DNA of 64,000 bases from Phoronis australis (lineage: Eukaryota; Animalia; Phoronida). The stretch is taken from positions 30,949 through 94,948 of the forward strand of contig NMRA01000594.1 in NCBI GenBank assembly GCA_002633005.1. The letters run 5' to 3'. Shown here one piece after another: positions 1 through 11,670 of this stretch. Each line of letters begins with the position of its first letter. The first letter of the stretch is position 1. Both the position numbers and the translations under genes were made by a program. The notes under the pieces were generated by a model, which saw only the letters and a program-made list of their open reading frames with translations, ran no database searches and was not told where the DNA came from.

Positions 1-419
1 TTCTAATTTAGGTATGTACTTTTTTGATTAACTATGTATATAAATATATATCCTAAATTGTTTTAACTGATTGGAGATAATACTTTTGGTTGGCTTCAGC
101 ACATCTGAAGACAGGAGCAGGGATTTCCTGTTTAAATCACTACAGTAGCTATTCGCATATATAGCCTACAATGTAAGTTGTTTAATAAGGCCTAATCAAG
201 AGACCAATTTTTCTAAAAAACCCATTCCAATAAATAATACCTACAAAAATTACGCAGTACCTTAGTCCCGTGGTCAAGTTGTTTGAGCAATGCCTTACTC
301 TAGATTCACCACTTGTAATTGCCCGACAATTTACTGCTCTAAAACGTTACCCACCATCCTGAAAGCAATTGAGACAATGTAGATTTTCTGAATAACAGGC
401 CATAGGAACTATTAATAGA

Positions 420-3400
420 AATGTTTCGAAGACGGCTGGTTACCTGAGCTGGAACAATACGTCAGCTCTCGTTACATCACTATGACGTATTCGTACCGCC
501 TGCTTCAGGAGGCCTCAGTGGCTACAGCTGGTAGAGCTGATTCCATTCTTCAAGCCTCACGCTTGACTCAAACAAGACATGCACACCAGGTGACAGCTCT
601 GTCTCTGGCAAAGCTTATTGTGAAAAATGAAGGTGCTGTTTTGGACCGAACAGTCTCCAGCAGGAAAAGTGATAGCTCAATGCGAATTCCAAAATTTGAG
701 TTTTGGAATGTTATTTTATATGTCCAGTTACTGATCTTGATGCTCGTCCTTGCTCATGGTGAATGCAACTTGTCGCTGTGCATTGATGTCTTTGAATCTC
801 TTGTGTCTTATTTCTTTGCTTTTGACCTTCAAAAGTATGCAAGATGGGTCTCTCTCCACATCCAAGACGTGAGTGCTATACCAGTTAACGTACGACAGCA
901 TCCGATGGATGTTTTCAAATACACGGCACATATTCTGTGCTGTTGCAATTGACTAGGCGGATGAAGAAAATACCGCCTTAGTCCAAGACAGTGGTGGGGC
1001 TATTGGATTAACTGAAAATCCAAACGCTTTGATAGAGTGAATGGTGTTTGGGTCCGAGCTATAGCCAGGTTGCTGACTGAGTTTGATTTCAAACGTTTTG
1101 AAGACAATAACGAGGGAAAAAATGCCACAAAGACATTCTATCCGTCCAGAACAACTTTAAAAACCATGTGAACAGTTTGTGTGGTATAAGATGTCAGTTC
1201 AGCAAACTAAAGGGAAACCCTTTCTTTGACCATGGTGATGAAATTATGACGTTAGATACGCTACAGGTCTTCAGACTATCGAAGTGACTGGAAAACAGCA
1301 ATATGACAACTATAAGCAAACATTCAAGTCCCAACCAATAAAGACCCCTATCAAGAAAAACAGGTTTGTTGTTTCCGAAACAGCTAATGGGAAGGCAAAA
1401 AGAGTGACTCAGCAGCGCATGGATGACTTCAAGAAAGACTGCAGCTTATTTAGTCAGGTTTTTATAGCTAGTCAAATTCTAGAAGGATGATTTTCGTATA
1501 CATGAGAATCATTCTTGGCCACCATCCCTGAACCAGAACGACAGTCTCGGTTTACCCTCACAGAAGTCACACTTGCTCAAAATGTTGGAATTTCCTCATT
1601 CAGACGTTCCTGAATCCGCCGATGTCAAAGTCTTTGATGGGCCAGCTATTGTGCGCAAATTTTCTCCAAACGAATCCGCGACATTCGGACAGTTCAGTGA
1701 AAACTACTAAGTGGGCACATTCTAACCTTCACAACTGCTGTAGAGTTGACATTGTGTTTGATGCTTACACTGAAGACAGCTTGAAGGCCGCCGCTGATAG
1801 AGGTACAGGTGATCTTGCCAAAGTTTCACACAAAACGCAACTGTCTCTGTACTTCCAGAATTTCTTGCAAACTTGAAGAATAAAGAGGAATCATTCAATC
1901 ATGCTGTTAGCTAAAGATATTTTTAGCAATCGCCTATCCTCCAGGACAAAATGTATATGTTACCCACGGTCACTTTGTTCTTTCCTCTAGTTCTGACATA
2001 CCGCCGAGAGTCGGACACCTGTATGTGCTTGTACATTGCGGACGCTTTGATCAAAGGTAATCAGAGAATACTGGTTTCTACAATTGATACTGATGTTGTG
2101 GTCGTTCTTCTTGGTGTTTTTGATCAGCTTAAGGCTTTGCTGTCAGCAATTCAATTACGGCCGTGGTTAAAGCTGGAAAGAAGGTGCGGGAACTCCTCGT
2201 CAAGAGTTTGTTTGACTAGCTTATGTACGATTTATTTGTAGCTCTACCCATGTTCCATGCCTTAACAGGGTTGGACACAACGTCCCAGTTCTATGGAAAA
2301 GAGAAGAAAACAGCATGTGAGACATGAAAAGCTTACCGTGATGCTACTCAGGCATTCTCGTGTCGGCAATCAATTCCTTTCAGCAACTCACCGTCGACAG
2401 TCAGGAATTCAAAACAATTGAGACATTCACATGTTTCGTTTATGATCGAAAAGTCAAAACCAGCAAAGTCACTACTTTATGAAAGAAGCTTTTCCAACAA
2501 AAAGTTCAGATCATGCCAAATTGATCGCCTACCCAATCTCCTCTGATAAAGCAAGTTAACAAATGCTTGTATCAAGCTGGCAGTCGGATGCCCATCCACG
2601 GGAAACCAAGTCCATAGAGGTTTGCATGGCAGAGTGACAAGGGCCAACAATGTACACCTTACTGGATAGACATGCCTGAAATCTCCAAAGCCGGCCAGCA
2701 GCTTATGGTTGCAAGAGCATACCACCATGGAGCAAGAGATATAAATTAAAAAGCAATTCCTTAGCATGCACAACACTTAGCAAATACCGGGGAACATGTC
2801 AGTAACATGGTTTGTTATGGACCAAAGGAACAGATGATAATGTTAATTGAATTCTATTGTCTGCAATGACAATTTGAGATTAATCTGTTTGATTGTGTTG
2901 ATATTATAAGCAGATGACAATCGGATAGACAGGAGCTAGAAGAAGCATACAAACGACATTTCTGAAAGCTGGTCTCTGAGTTTTTGGTAGTCTGTCAAGT
3001 TCTATGCATATAAATTGGTCTCTTTATCATAACATCAACTGAATTTTCACAATAATTGTACAAATTAATGATAAATCTAATAAATTTTGGTAATATATCC
3101 TATTTGTTGTTGTATTATTAGTCTTGCACCAGATCAAAATAGATGATTTTGTTAAAATTGCAGATGGTTGGTTAAATTTTGGCAGCCATATTGGAATTAT
3201 GCAAATGAGGAGTCTTAATATTATGAGAAAAAGATATTGCGATGTCATTACGACAGATTTCTAGTTAATAAAGTACTGTTACCTAGCCTTAAAATGTGTG
3301 ATCATCTCTCAAGCAACCATAGAGTGTGTTACTGGGCGGCCATTTTGTTTTTTGAGATTTGACCTTGACCTTGACCTCAAAATTTGGGCAACCCACCGGC

Positions 3401-3490
3401 ATGAGATTCAACATGTCAAAAAGTACTAGTGTGCCAAATTTGGTGCTTTAATCCGACGTGTAAATGTTTTCGGGTTAAGGGCCTGGACTA
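420..3490 (+). mobile_element. Degenerate Academ-type (AcademX) DNA transposon: transposase plus XPG/FEN1-like nuclease, with right terminus
   Basis: Fragmented frames give an ordered motif series: QTRHAHQVTA, KYARWVSLH, GGAIGLTENP (~993), HENHSWPPSL (~1501), RVDIVFDAY, ESDT..LY, TIDTDVVV and LPMFHALTGLDTTSQFYG (~2243; XPG EAD/DxD/GCD-like). It ends ...GGGTTAAGGGCCTGGACTA at 3490, consistent with Academ TAG...CTA termini. Many stops and frameshifts; no left TIR seen. Confidence 0.75.
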
Positions 3491-3936
3491 AATATATTAT
3501 AGGAATTGAGATGTGTTGTGTTGGTGACCATCCAAAAAGTTGAACTGAATTTAAAAAATATTCTGTGGTATTTTGATAAAAATATTTAACCAATTTGGGC
3601 CACTTTGTGTAATTTAGAGCAGTTTTGATTGGTTCTGTTTAATACAAGTGACCAATCAAGTTTGAGTTCAGTTTGAACCCTGGAAAGGTCAACAGGGTTT
3701 TAAAATGACTGAATTTACCTTTTCGGAAGTGTTCCTCAATGAAAAAGGTTAGATAAAGTGAAAATATTAACGGCGAATGGCTTAGGACAGTATTAGTAAT
3801 TGTGGCGTTGAGAGTACACTTTCAGGATTTTTCCGACAAGACATTCAATTCAAAAACTATATCTTTTCATACGGTTGTCAAAAAATAAATAATAATTGTA
3901 CACTCAAGGTAGAATTTTTCGCAAACAGTTTGATAT

Positions 3937-4070
3937 CAGTGATGATTTAGAGGGGGCCCCTAACATTCCCCCATACTCCATTTGGCAGTTCGGGGATGAG
4001 AATGTCTGAAGGTCAAAATCCTGGCTAGTACCCGGCCTCCCCCCAACACAAAATCCTGGATCCGCCCCTG
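3937..4070. mobile_element. MITE of the CAG(G/T)GGCGGAT...ATCCGCCCCTG family with a 5-bp TSD
   Basis: Ends CAGTGATGATTTAG...GGATCCGCCCCTG and is flanked by GATAT on both sides (3932-3936, 4071-4075). Interior is homologous to 42417-42590. Confidence 0.75.
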
Positions 4071-5769
4071 GATATACACATCATTAAATTCGGTTCAGCA
4101 ACGGTCATTTAGCAGCTGAAAGCTTATCCCCTCCTATACCTTATAGTATAAGTCACAAGAATTTACCGGTGAGTGAAAAATTTGTTAAGTGCTCGCAGTA
4201 CTTCGATTTTTAAAAATAATCGTTCATGCCCATATTTGCTGAAACGGATGTCAATAGAAAGAAGAAAGTTTAAATAATTCGCTGGAATGCTTTTCGTTTT
4301 CCACCATTTTATATGCTAATAGATATGAGCTTCTGAAAATCATGAGAAATGGCAAAATTTCGCTCTTGCAGAATTTTAGCCATCTTAGCTTGCTATGGTT
4401 CGTGTATTGTAGGCGTGCTGACGAATGAGAAAAAACTACATTTAGGTCAAGCCAAAATTCCTACAAAATCACAAAATTCAAACTAAATTTCATCGTAAAT
4501 GACTGAAAATTCAACTATATGAAAAAATTATGCAGTGGGGCTCCTCGAGGTGTCGCCGCCGTACTAGTGGTGATTGAATTGGGTTCTGCTATGTTGAAAA
4601 TAGGTCAAAAAGGCTAACAAAATGTAGTTTACGTACCCTCATTTGCAGATCAGTAACACAAATGGTCATTGCAAATGAAATTATTGCTTTTTGAATAACA
4701 ACATGGTGCTTATTATCACCAAAGATAAATGGCCATACAACATTATGTTACCATGTGATGCAGGAACAGTGATGTAGTGCACGTACCCCCTTTTGTAGTG
4801 TACGTACACCCATGTTTACAAATGTCATGAAATTAAATTATCACATGGTAAGTGAGCAACGCTGGTCATAGACAGTTTTCTTCCTTAAAATGTTAGGTTA
4901 AAAGGGTGTTTATTGCAAATACATTATTTTGTTTGTGTAGTGTACGTACCCCTATATTTTAATTTTTGCGTATTTTCAAAGTATGGTAGATATCCACATG
5001 AATGCTGTGTTTTTTATTTTTTCTCTTTGAATTGATTTAGCAAATCAGCTAACTCTCAGAAGGTTCTTAGTTTTTAGTTACAAACCAGACATGTCATTGA
5101 AATGTTGTGTACGTACCCCGATACCATGAAACATAAGTATTACACGGTAAGTAAGCAACACTTGTCACAGACAGTTTCCTCCTTTAAAATTAATAGGGTA
5201 AAAGGGTGTTAAGTACAAAATAATACATTTATTTCGTGTGAAATATTAGCATTTGTGTAGTGTACGTAACCCTACAATATAACATGTGCCTGTTTCCAAA
5301 TAATGACAGACAGATATGCACATGTATGCAGTACTTATTATTTGTTATCTTTAAATAGATTTGGTAAATGAACTATTTCTCAGTAGATTCTAAGTATTTT
5401 TCATAAGTCTGACAAGTCGTTGAGATGTAGTGTACGTACCCCTGTTTAGTGTATGCACCTTCAACCTCTGTGTTATAAAGTATTGCCCACAAGTATTTTA
5501 CATACTGCCAGAACTGCTGTTCTCATGAACAATACTGACATTTCCAAAATGAATCCAGTCCGACAAAAAACAACGGACATTATCAAATCTGTGGGCAAAA
5601 AATGCCACGCAGGACTTGGCTGGTACTTAACATCCTAGAAGACACGTCATGTGACAACTGATGTTGCAGAGTCAGGTTCTCTATCTCTCAAGACAACTTG
5701 CAACAAACCAACAAGTAGAGGCAGCACAAAACTCGAGACCATCCCATACATTTGTAAATTAGTTAAAAT

Positions 5770-8730
5770 GGGGCTATTCGGAGAATTTTCCTCGCAGTGT
5801 TGCTGCTGTACTAGTGGTGATTGAATTGCGCATGTGTCGCTGTCTGCATGTAAACAGCTGGTAAAAACACAGATTGTCATCAAAATACGGCGTCGCGCAA
5901 AGCCTTATTATTGCTATTTTCCTTGGTGCAAGTCTTCGATAGGTGGTCACAAATTAACAAAAGACCTAAGGTTACTACATCCGTGGAGCATTGCGGTCAA
6001 TAGGGTCTACCAACTGACAAAAAGTGTGTAGATGCTGAAGCCCCTTTGGGAGACTACATAACGTAACTTGGTAAGTTTTTAGCAATCAAGTTTCTATCGA
6101 CATCGTTCGGTGATGTTATCCGCACCAGTTACCCCACTGAATAACGGTTTTATTGAATGGAACTAAGTGTTTCTTTTCGGAAACTCACCCAGGACGCGGA
6201 TGCCGGATAGGCTAGCAGCACATATTCACATATTGTCCTCCAGGGGTGGGAATGCGCCCAATATAAGAGGTGTATGGTGCGTGACGCTCAGAAGTCAAGG
6301 TTGACTTTTTCACAGCAGTTTCTCTTCAAAGCTATGCTATGTCCAATAAAATTCTCTAGACGAGAGAGTTTTCTTATTTTATGGCGCACTCCACCCCCAG
6401 GACTACCAGATTAGCTACTGAATTAACATGAATAAGCTATTCAGTAAACGTCATAACATTGCATTGGAATAAAAATTAACACCCAGAATGAATTTTACTT
6501 GTTGAGGTCAGATGAACATTTTAGGTGTCGTGAAAAATACACTTTATTAAATCACTTAGAGCCTGTTTCACATAGTTTAATTCAGATCTTAAATAAGACT
6601 TGTATACAAAGATTATTATTTTCTACATATGAACGTGAAGATGAAACGTCAAGTATGTTCTACCTTACTAAATTAGTTTTGTCTTGCGTTTTCTTTATAA
6701 TTTGTTAATACATGTATTTCTCTGACTATTCTGTTACAAGTGAGAGAAAACGACTGAAACCAGCCGCCTGACCTTCTATTTTACCTTTGGACAAAGAGAA
6801 AAGCAATCCTTCAGCAAAAACCTGAGAGAATTGAAACATAATTCAGAAATTTAGCCCTTGATATTCCTGATTATGGACTCCATTGCGTGGGAAAATTACA
6901 ATTGTTTTTAACAATGCTGTTTCTTTATATACTTTTCTTGCATGTGGAACTTTTGTTGAGGACAAGTTAACACAAAACTTAAAATTGTTCAAAGGCTTTC
7001 TTAAGAAATAATTACACACACAAACAAATCAAATGCAAAGAAAGGGATACTTCATTTTGATCGCTGCACATTTCTAGAGGTCAACAGGAAAACAATTCGC
7101 AAGCGTAATCGCTAATCATTTCAGCTTTATAAAGAATAAGCACAACTGCACTGTGTGGGGCTTTAAAACTGAGGAAATATTGTGGTTTCAATGATTAGTG
7201 ACAAACTTGCCTGTTGATGAAAAATTTATTCGATCATCAAAGTGTAACATTAACGGGCTTTCTACTGACAATAAGACAATCGATGCAGTCACTGAATGTC
7301 ATTTCCCCATAATGTGTACCAAATTGAAAAGTTTTTACCATTAATATAAAGTCTTTCTTCTGAAAGGAAAAGTTAATGTCACTCAGTGAGAAAGGACAGG
7401 TATTTGAACCAGATGCTTTCGTTTTTCATTTCACAGAGATCTAGTTTCAATAGCCTATAGTAGGGCTTGTAAAAAGGTCCAGTTTCGGCACGTGGCTTTC
7501 CTCCAGCTAACCTCATTCAGCCTCAATTAGATCCTTGAAGGTAAACACAACAGCATATCACTTGACTCGTTTTGTGCCCAAAACCTGATCCTGAACTAGA
7601 CCAGAGTGTCCCTACGTCTTCTTTAGCTTCAATCCAGCATGTTTCTTCCAGGAAAGGAAGGAAGCTACATGTATTGTCCACACATGACTTATTGCCTACG
7701 AAAGGCCATCCTCACCAACGAGGCTGACTTGTATAGCAGTCAGATATAGTTCCTCTTCATACATGCGCTCACCCAGTCTTCAATATGGGGGGCTCGAATT
7801 CCTCACTTTTTTGGACCTTTTGGTAACAAAAAAGCGGGCGGACTAGAAAAAAGGAGCACCACTGTGAATTGCGCGTTTGCGCATGTTTAATAGACTTATG
7901 CCAAATTTTCTCGGGCTTTTTGTCTCTCTGAGGCGGTACTTTTGGCCCACTTCGTTCGAGCCCCCTGGGTGCGCGCATGTCATACACAAAGAACACGTTG
8001 TCTTATGGTAACTTCGCACTGCGATTCACATTTCACCAGGGCCATGCAGCACTAATGGTGTGTGGAAATGCTGTGGGAACAGAAAGGAGTAACAAAGCTT
8101 GTTCGTTGTTTCCGATGAAGAAAGTAGGCTTTAACAACAGATCTACACTGGATGGGAAGATCTTGCTGGTTAGCTGCAGTTAACTGCTTAAAACAAATTT
8201 TTGTCCATTCTGTAATAGGATAGGGAGTAAACAAATAGTCTAATGGATATTTACGTACCCTTTGCCATGGCATTGGGCTTGGATTGTAATCTCACTAACC
8301 AATATCGAGTTAAACATTCAGCATTCATTGATGTAACTGTCACTGATAAACCTGTTAGAAATCATTCCAAACAAACATACTGCTTTGATGTACTAAAACA
8401 TCCCGAGTGCTACATCAAGTATCGTAACAAGTATCACAACAAACAAAGATTAACCCGACTGGCGACTGCCGCAAAGTCGACATCGGCGATTATCTCAGTT
8501 AACAGGCATCAGCAGAATAAACATGGAATAATCGTTAAAACAATCACAAACTTTACCTTTGTATAAGGTCGTGATTGCTTTCTCTCATAGAAGCACCATT
8601 TTTACGCAATCTCAGATTCAGTGATTCAGTTTCACCATGTATTAAAAGGGCTCGCGAAATAGAGGCTGTTAATCTATCACCACTAGTACACGCGCGCCCT
8701 CTAGTTAATGTACATTTTCCGAATAGCCCC
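5770..8730 (+). mobile_element. ISL2EU-like DNA transposon, copy 1 (non-autonomous; THAP on +, YqaJ-like on -)
   Basis: TIRs GGGGCTATTC(GGA)...(TCC)GAATAGCCCC with AT on both sides, and inner inverted ACTAGTGGTGA/TCACCACTAGT. THAP-like YCYFPWCKS..GHK..KD...W..AV at ~5890, a GT-AG intron, then LKPAA.PSI at ~6750. Colinear with 48601-52041. Confidence 0.75.
7762..7979. mobile_element. 218-bp MITE inserted in ISL2EU-like copy 1
   Basis: TIRs CATGCGCTCACCCAG / CTGGGTGCGCGCATG, TSD TCATA (7757-7761, 7980-7984). Absent at the equivalent site of copy 2 (~50305). Confidence 0.85.
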
Positions 8731-9272
8731 ATTTGACGTTGATTGACTGTGCATAGTGTTAGTNNNNNNNNNNCCCAACCAGTACCATGTTTTACTGTTT
8801 ACAAGTGGAACACTGGTCGTAGCATTGCTCATTGCTTTAACTATTTTGACCAACTGGTCATTTTCTTTTGGTAAACTTACATTGCAAGAGAAAATTATCA
8901 TTACACAGTGTTAAGATATGCAATGTATCATCATCTAGAAAAACTTGATCAGCACAGCAATGACTTTTCTTACTTTATTATGATATACTTTTTCATTTTG
9001 ATCAAGAACTTATTAAATTAACAGCAACCTTATGAATTTTTGCATGGTAGAAATGAGCTGTGACCACAAGTTGTAGTGTGCGTACCCTTTTATACAACTG
9101 TGATGCATTAGGCCATAAAATTTTATTCGGTGGTTTTTGTGCAAAAATATTTTAGGTTACAAACCTGGAATGATGGTACTTTATAATAACTCAGCTTTTA
9201 CAGTTATATGACTACCTTCAGTTTTCACCAAAAGTGGTCACTGAATATGGACCTTGATTGTGATTTGCCCTA

Positions 9273-9384
9273 TAACATTACTTGGTAAGTTTTTAGCAAT
9301 CAGTTTCTATCGACATCGTTCCGTGATGTTATTCCCACCAGTTACCCCACTGAATAACGGGTTTATTGTGTGGAGCTAACTGTT
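9273..9384 (+). repeat. Internal fragment of a third ISL2EU-like copy
   Basis: Near-identical to 6066-6175 and 48925-49030 (ACTTGGTAAGTTTTTAGCAATC...CCACTGAATAACGG). A matching left-end fragment lies at 4536-4580. Confidence 0.75.
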
Positions 9385-9734
9385 ACGAACTCTCGAAGAA
9401 GTCGAAAAAACGACATCAGGCCTACCCGCTTTCCTCGCAGCTGCATACATGTAGCTCGGACAAGCGGGAACGATGCACCTCTACATAGCGCATTCACTCT
9501 GCAGATGAATCACTGACGTCGCTGCGTCGTATCTCACCTTCCTCCCAGGTTAACGCGACACCTTTCGGCAAGGTCAGGTCGAGAGCACGCGAGGCGATGT
9601 GGGTAAAGACCGATTAAGACGGTAAAAAAGACGAATTAAATCGGGTGGCGTTCTCCTATAAAATTCAGACAATTTCCAAAGGCAGCAATCGCGTGGTTAA
9701 TGCCAACACGAAAAATAGAATGTGCACATGTATT

Positions 9735-11480
9735 TCGAATAATCGAGAAAATTCGTAAAGCATAGATTTTGCAGAGCACATAAATTAATTGGATTTTTAA
9801 ATTCAATAAGATAGTTTTGCAAATGCATACTCGCAAAATTATATTTTCCAGAGGCCCTTCTGTAGCAAAGGATAACGGATAGAACTCTCGCTATATTGTT
9901 TGTGTTTTACTTTCTCTAAATTTTGAGAAAATTGATGGCCTGGCAGATAACGTCAATTGTTGCACATTTCCTGACTTTTGAAAATAAACATTTTTTCATA
10001 TTTAGGGGCGCAGCTCTTGAAGAGGACCATCGATGACATTCAAGTGGACACCCTTTTCGTGTTTTAATTGGCAAATTCTTAAAAGAGGCCGCTCACGAAA
10101 AGAGGTGCCAATGTTTAAATCGATTATCTCTATTTTCCTATATTTTGTGAAATCGCACAACCGGCTTTCATGCTGAGGTAAGTCACTTCCTGCAAGGTCA
10201 TCCGATAATGGAATGAACTCTCATTATTTTCCAAGTTTATTGATGTGTAGCCTTTCATCCTAGGTGTGCCATTTCAGACAAAACCCCCTCTCAGTGGGGC
10301 GGTTCGGTATACCTCTATACATGTAAATCTGACAGTGCCAAATATTCACTAGGGAAAGTTGAGATTCCAAATTCATCAATAACGCAAAAGAACCGTTAAC
10401 AGGTCAGCAATATCAAAATATTCGACCCAAACAACCAAAAATATGAAAAATACAATAGAATTGCCACCATCGAAAAGTTGGAATTTTGAAGGAAGGGGAA
10501 TGTCAATATTTGTGAAATACACAAAAAGGCTACTTCCGATGCTTAGTTATAAATAATGTTAATTTTTTCCAATAGTATCACAAGAATAGTATTTCTTTTG
10601 CGGGTCGTTACTAGGAACTGTTTGTAATGAATTCACTAAGGTCGAAAAGATTTGTGATGACCGTGAAATGACCAAAAATACACCTTAATGTGAATGCCCC
10701 ATTTCACATGTTCACCGGGTTACCCGTCAAAAATCTGTGATCAGTCCATTTTGATAAACAAATTTGTTAGTTTCTGATTTACATGTTTGTGTATATACGA
10801 AAACCGACCAGTTAATAGATGATTTTTGGGAATAAGACGCTAATATTTTAAGAACTTATGATGTTTCAGTGAATTTAGATTATGAAAAAACAGATCCCAA
10901 AATAGTAAAGTGCACTTGGACGCTTCTTGCCTATCTAAAATAACTCTTAAAGACAATGGTGAAATTTGGACAATTCCCAAAAATGTAATCACCATTCAAA
11001 TGACAATAAATGCATTGCTTTTTGGCTTCGGTACAAGATTTGTTGTTTAAATTCACTAACAGGGGATCAAAAAGGACATGAGTTATTAAATCAAGGTAAA
11101 CGTATCGCTCATGGATTCGATTGTTGGTTTCTGAATTACATGCTTATGTATCTACGAAAATGAGCTGATTAACTGATGATTTTTGGCAATTAGAAACTAA
11201 TTTGGTAAGAAATAACAATGCTTCAACGAGCTTAGTTGAAACCATCACCAGATCCCAAAATACAGTGTATACAAGTACACTAAACAATTTGATTTGTCTA
11301 TCTGAAAGAAGTCTTAGTGATATTGATGAATGTCGGACAGCTGTAAAAAGTGTTCTAAAATTTTCTCAGATTTCAAATGACAATAAACTGTTTATTGACT
11401 TAGGAAATAGATTAGTGGGTTTACTTTCACAAACCGTAGATCGAAGAAGTTTAAATACTTCAATAAATAAAATTAAACAT
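9735..11480 (+). repeat. Dispersed repeat family member with internal ~370 bp tandem units
   Basis: 9740-10065 resembles 40750-41065 and 10675-10875 resembles 41200-41415. Internal repeats CAGATCCCAAAATA (10891, 11249) and TTCAAATGACAATAAA (10995, 11372). Confidence 0.6.
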
Positions 11481-11639
11481 ATTGCCCATCAACTGGGAAA
11501 GGTTCTCTTTGCACTTCCTTCATGTTGTTAGTTTCCAATAGTATTGGCAATTAATTTTCTTCAAAACTGAATCATTTGCTTTCCATTCCTGTGCATACTA
11601 CACACATGGAGCACGTCAGGACTGACGTACCCATGATAT

Positions 11640-11670
11640 GAAGTGTGTACATTTTTGGGACACACTCTGT
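11640..11670 (-). mobile_element. Possible Tc1/mariner terminal inverted repeat (single end)
   Basis: Reverse strand reads TA|CAGAGTGTGTCCCAAAAATGTACAC, resembling Tc1/mariner ends. No partner found. Confidence 0.35.

Larger units (their letters stand above)
4581..9270. mobile_element. Unclassified DNA element with reiterated GTAGTGTACGTACCC motif, split by an ISL2EU-like insertion
   Basis: The motif recurs at about 4624, 4774, 4795, 4937, 5104, 5257, 5427 and 9073. Two imperfect ~320 bp tandem units lie at 4790-5440. Confidence 0.45.

Noticed and set aside
263-285. TAGTCCCG as the left Academ terminus
   Set aside because: Only 6 bp match the reverse complement of the right end; there is no extended TIR.
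4620-5445. CRISPR-like repeat-spacer array
   Set aside because: Repeats are only 15 bp, spacers are irregular and partly homologous to each other, there are no cas genes, and the context is eukaryotic.
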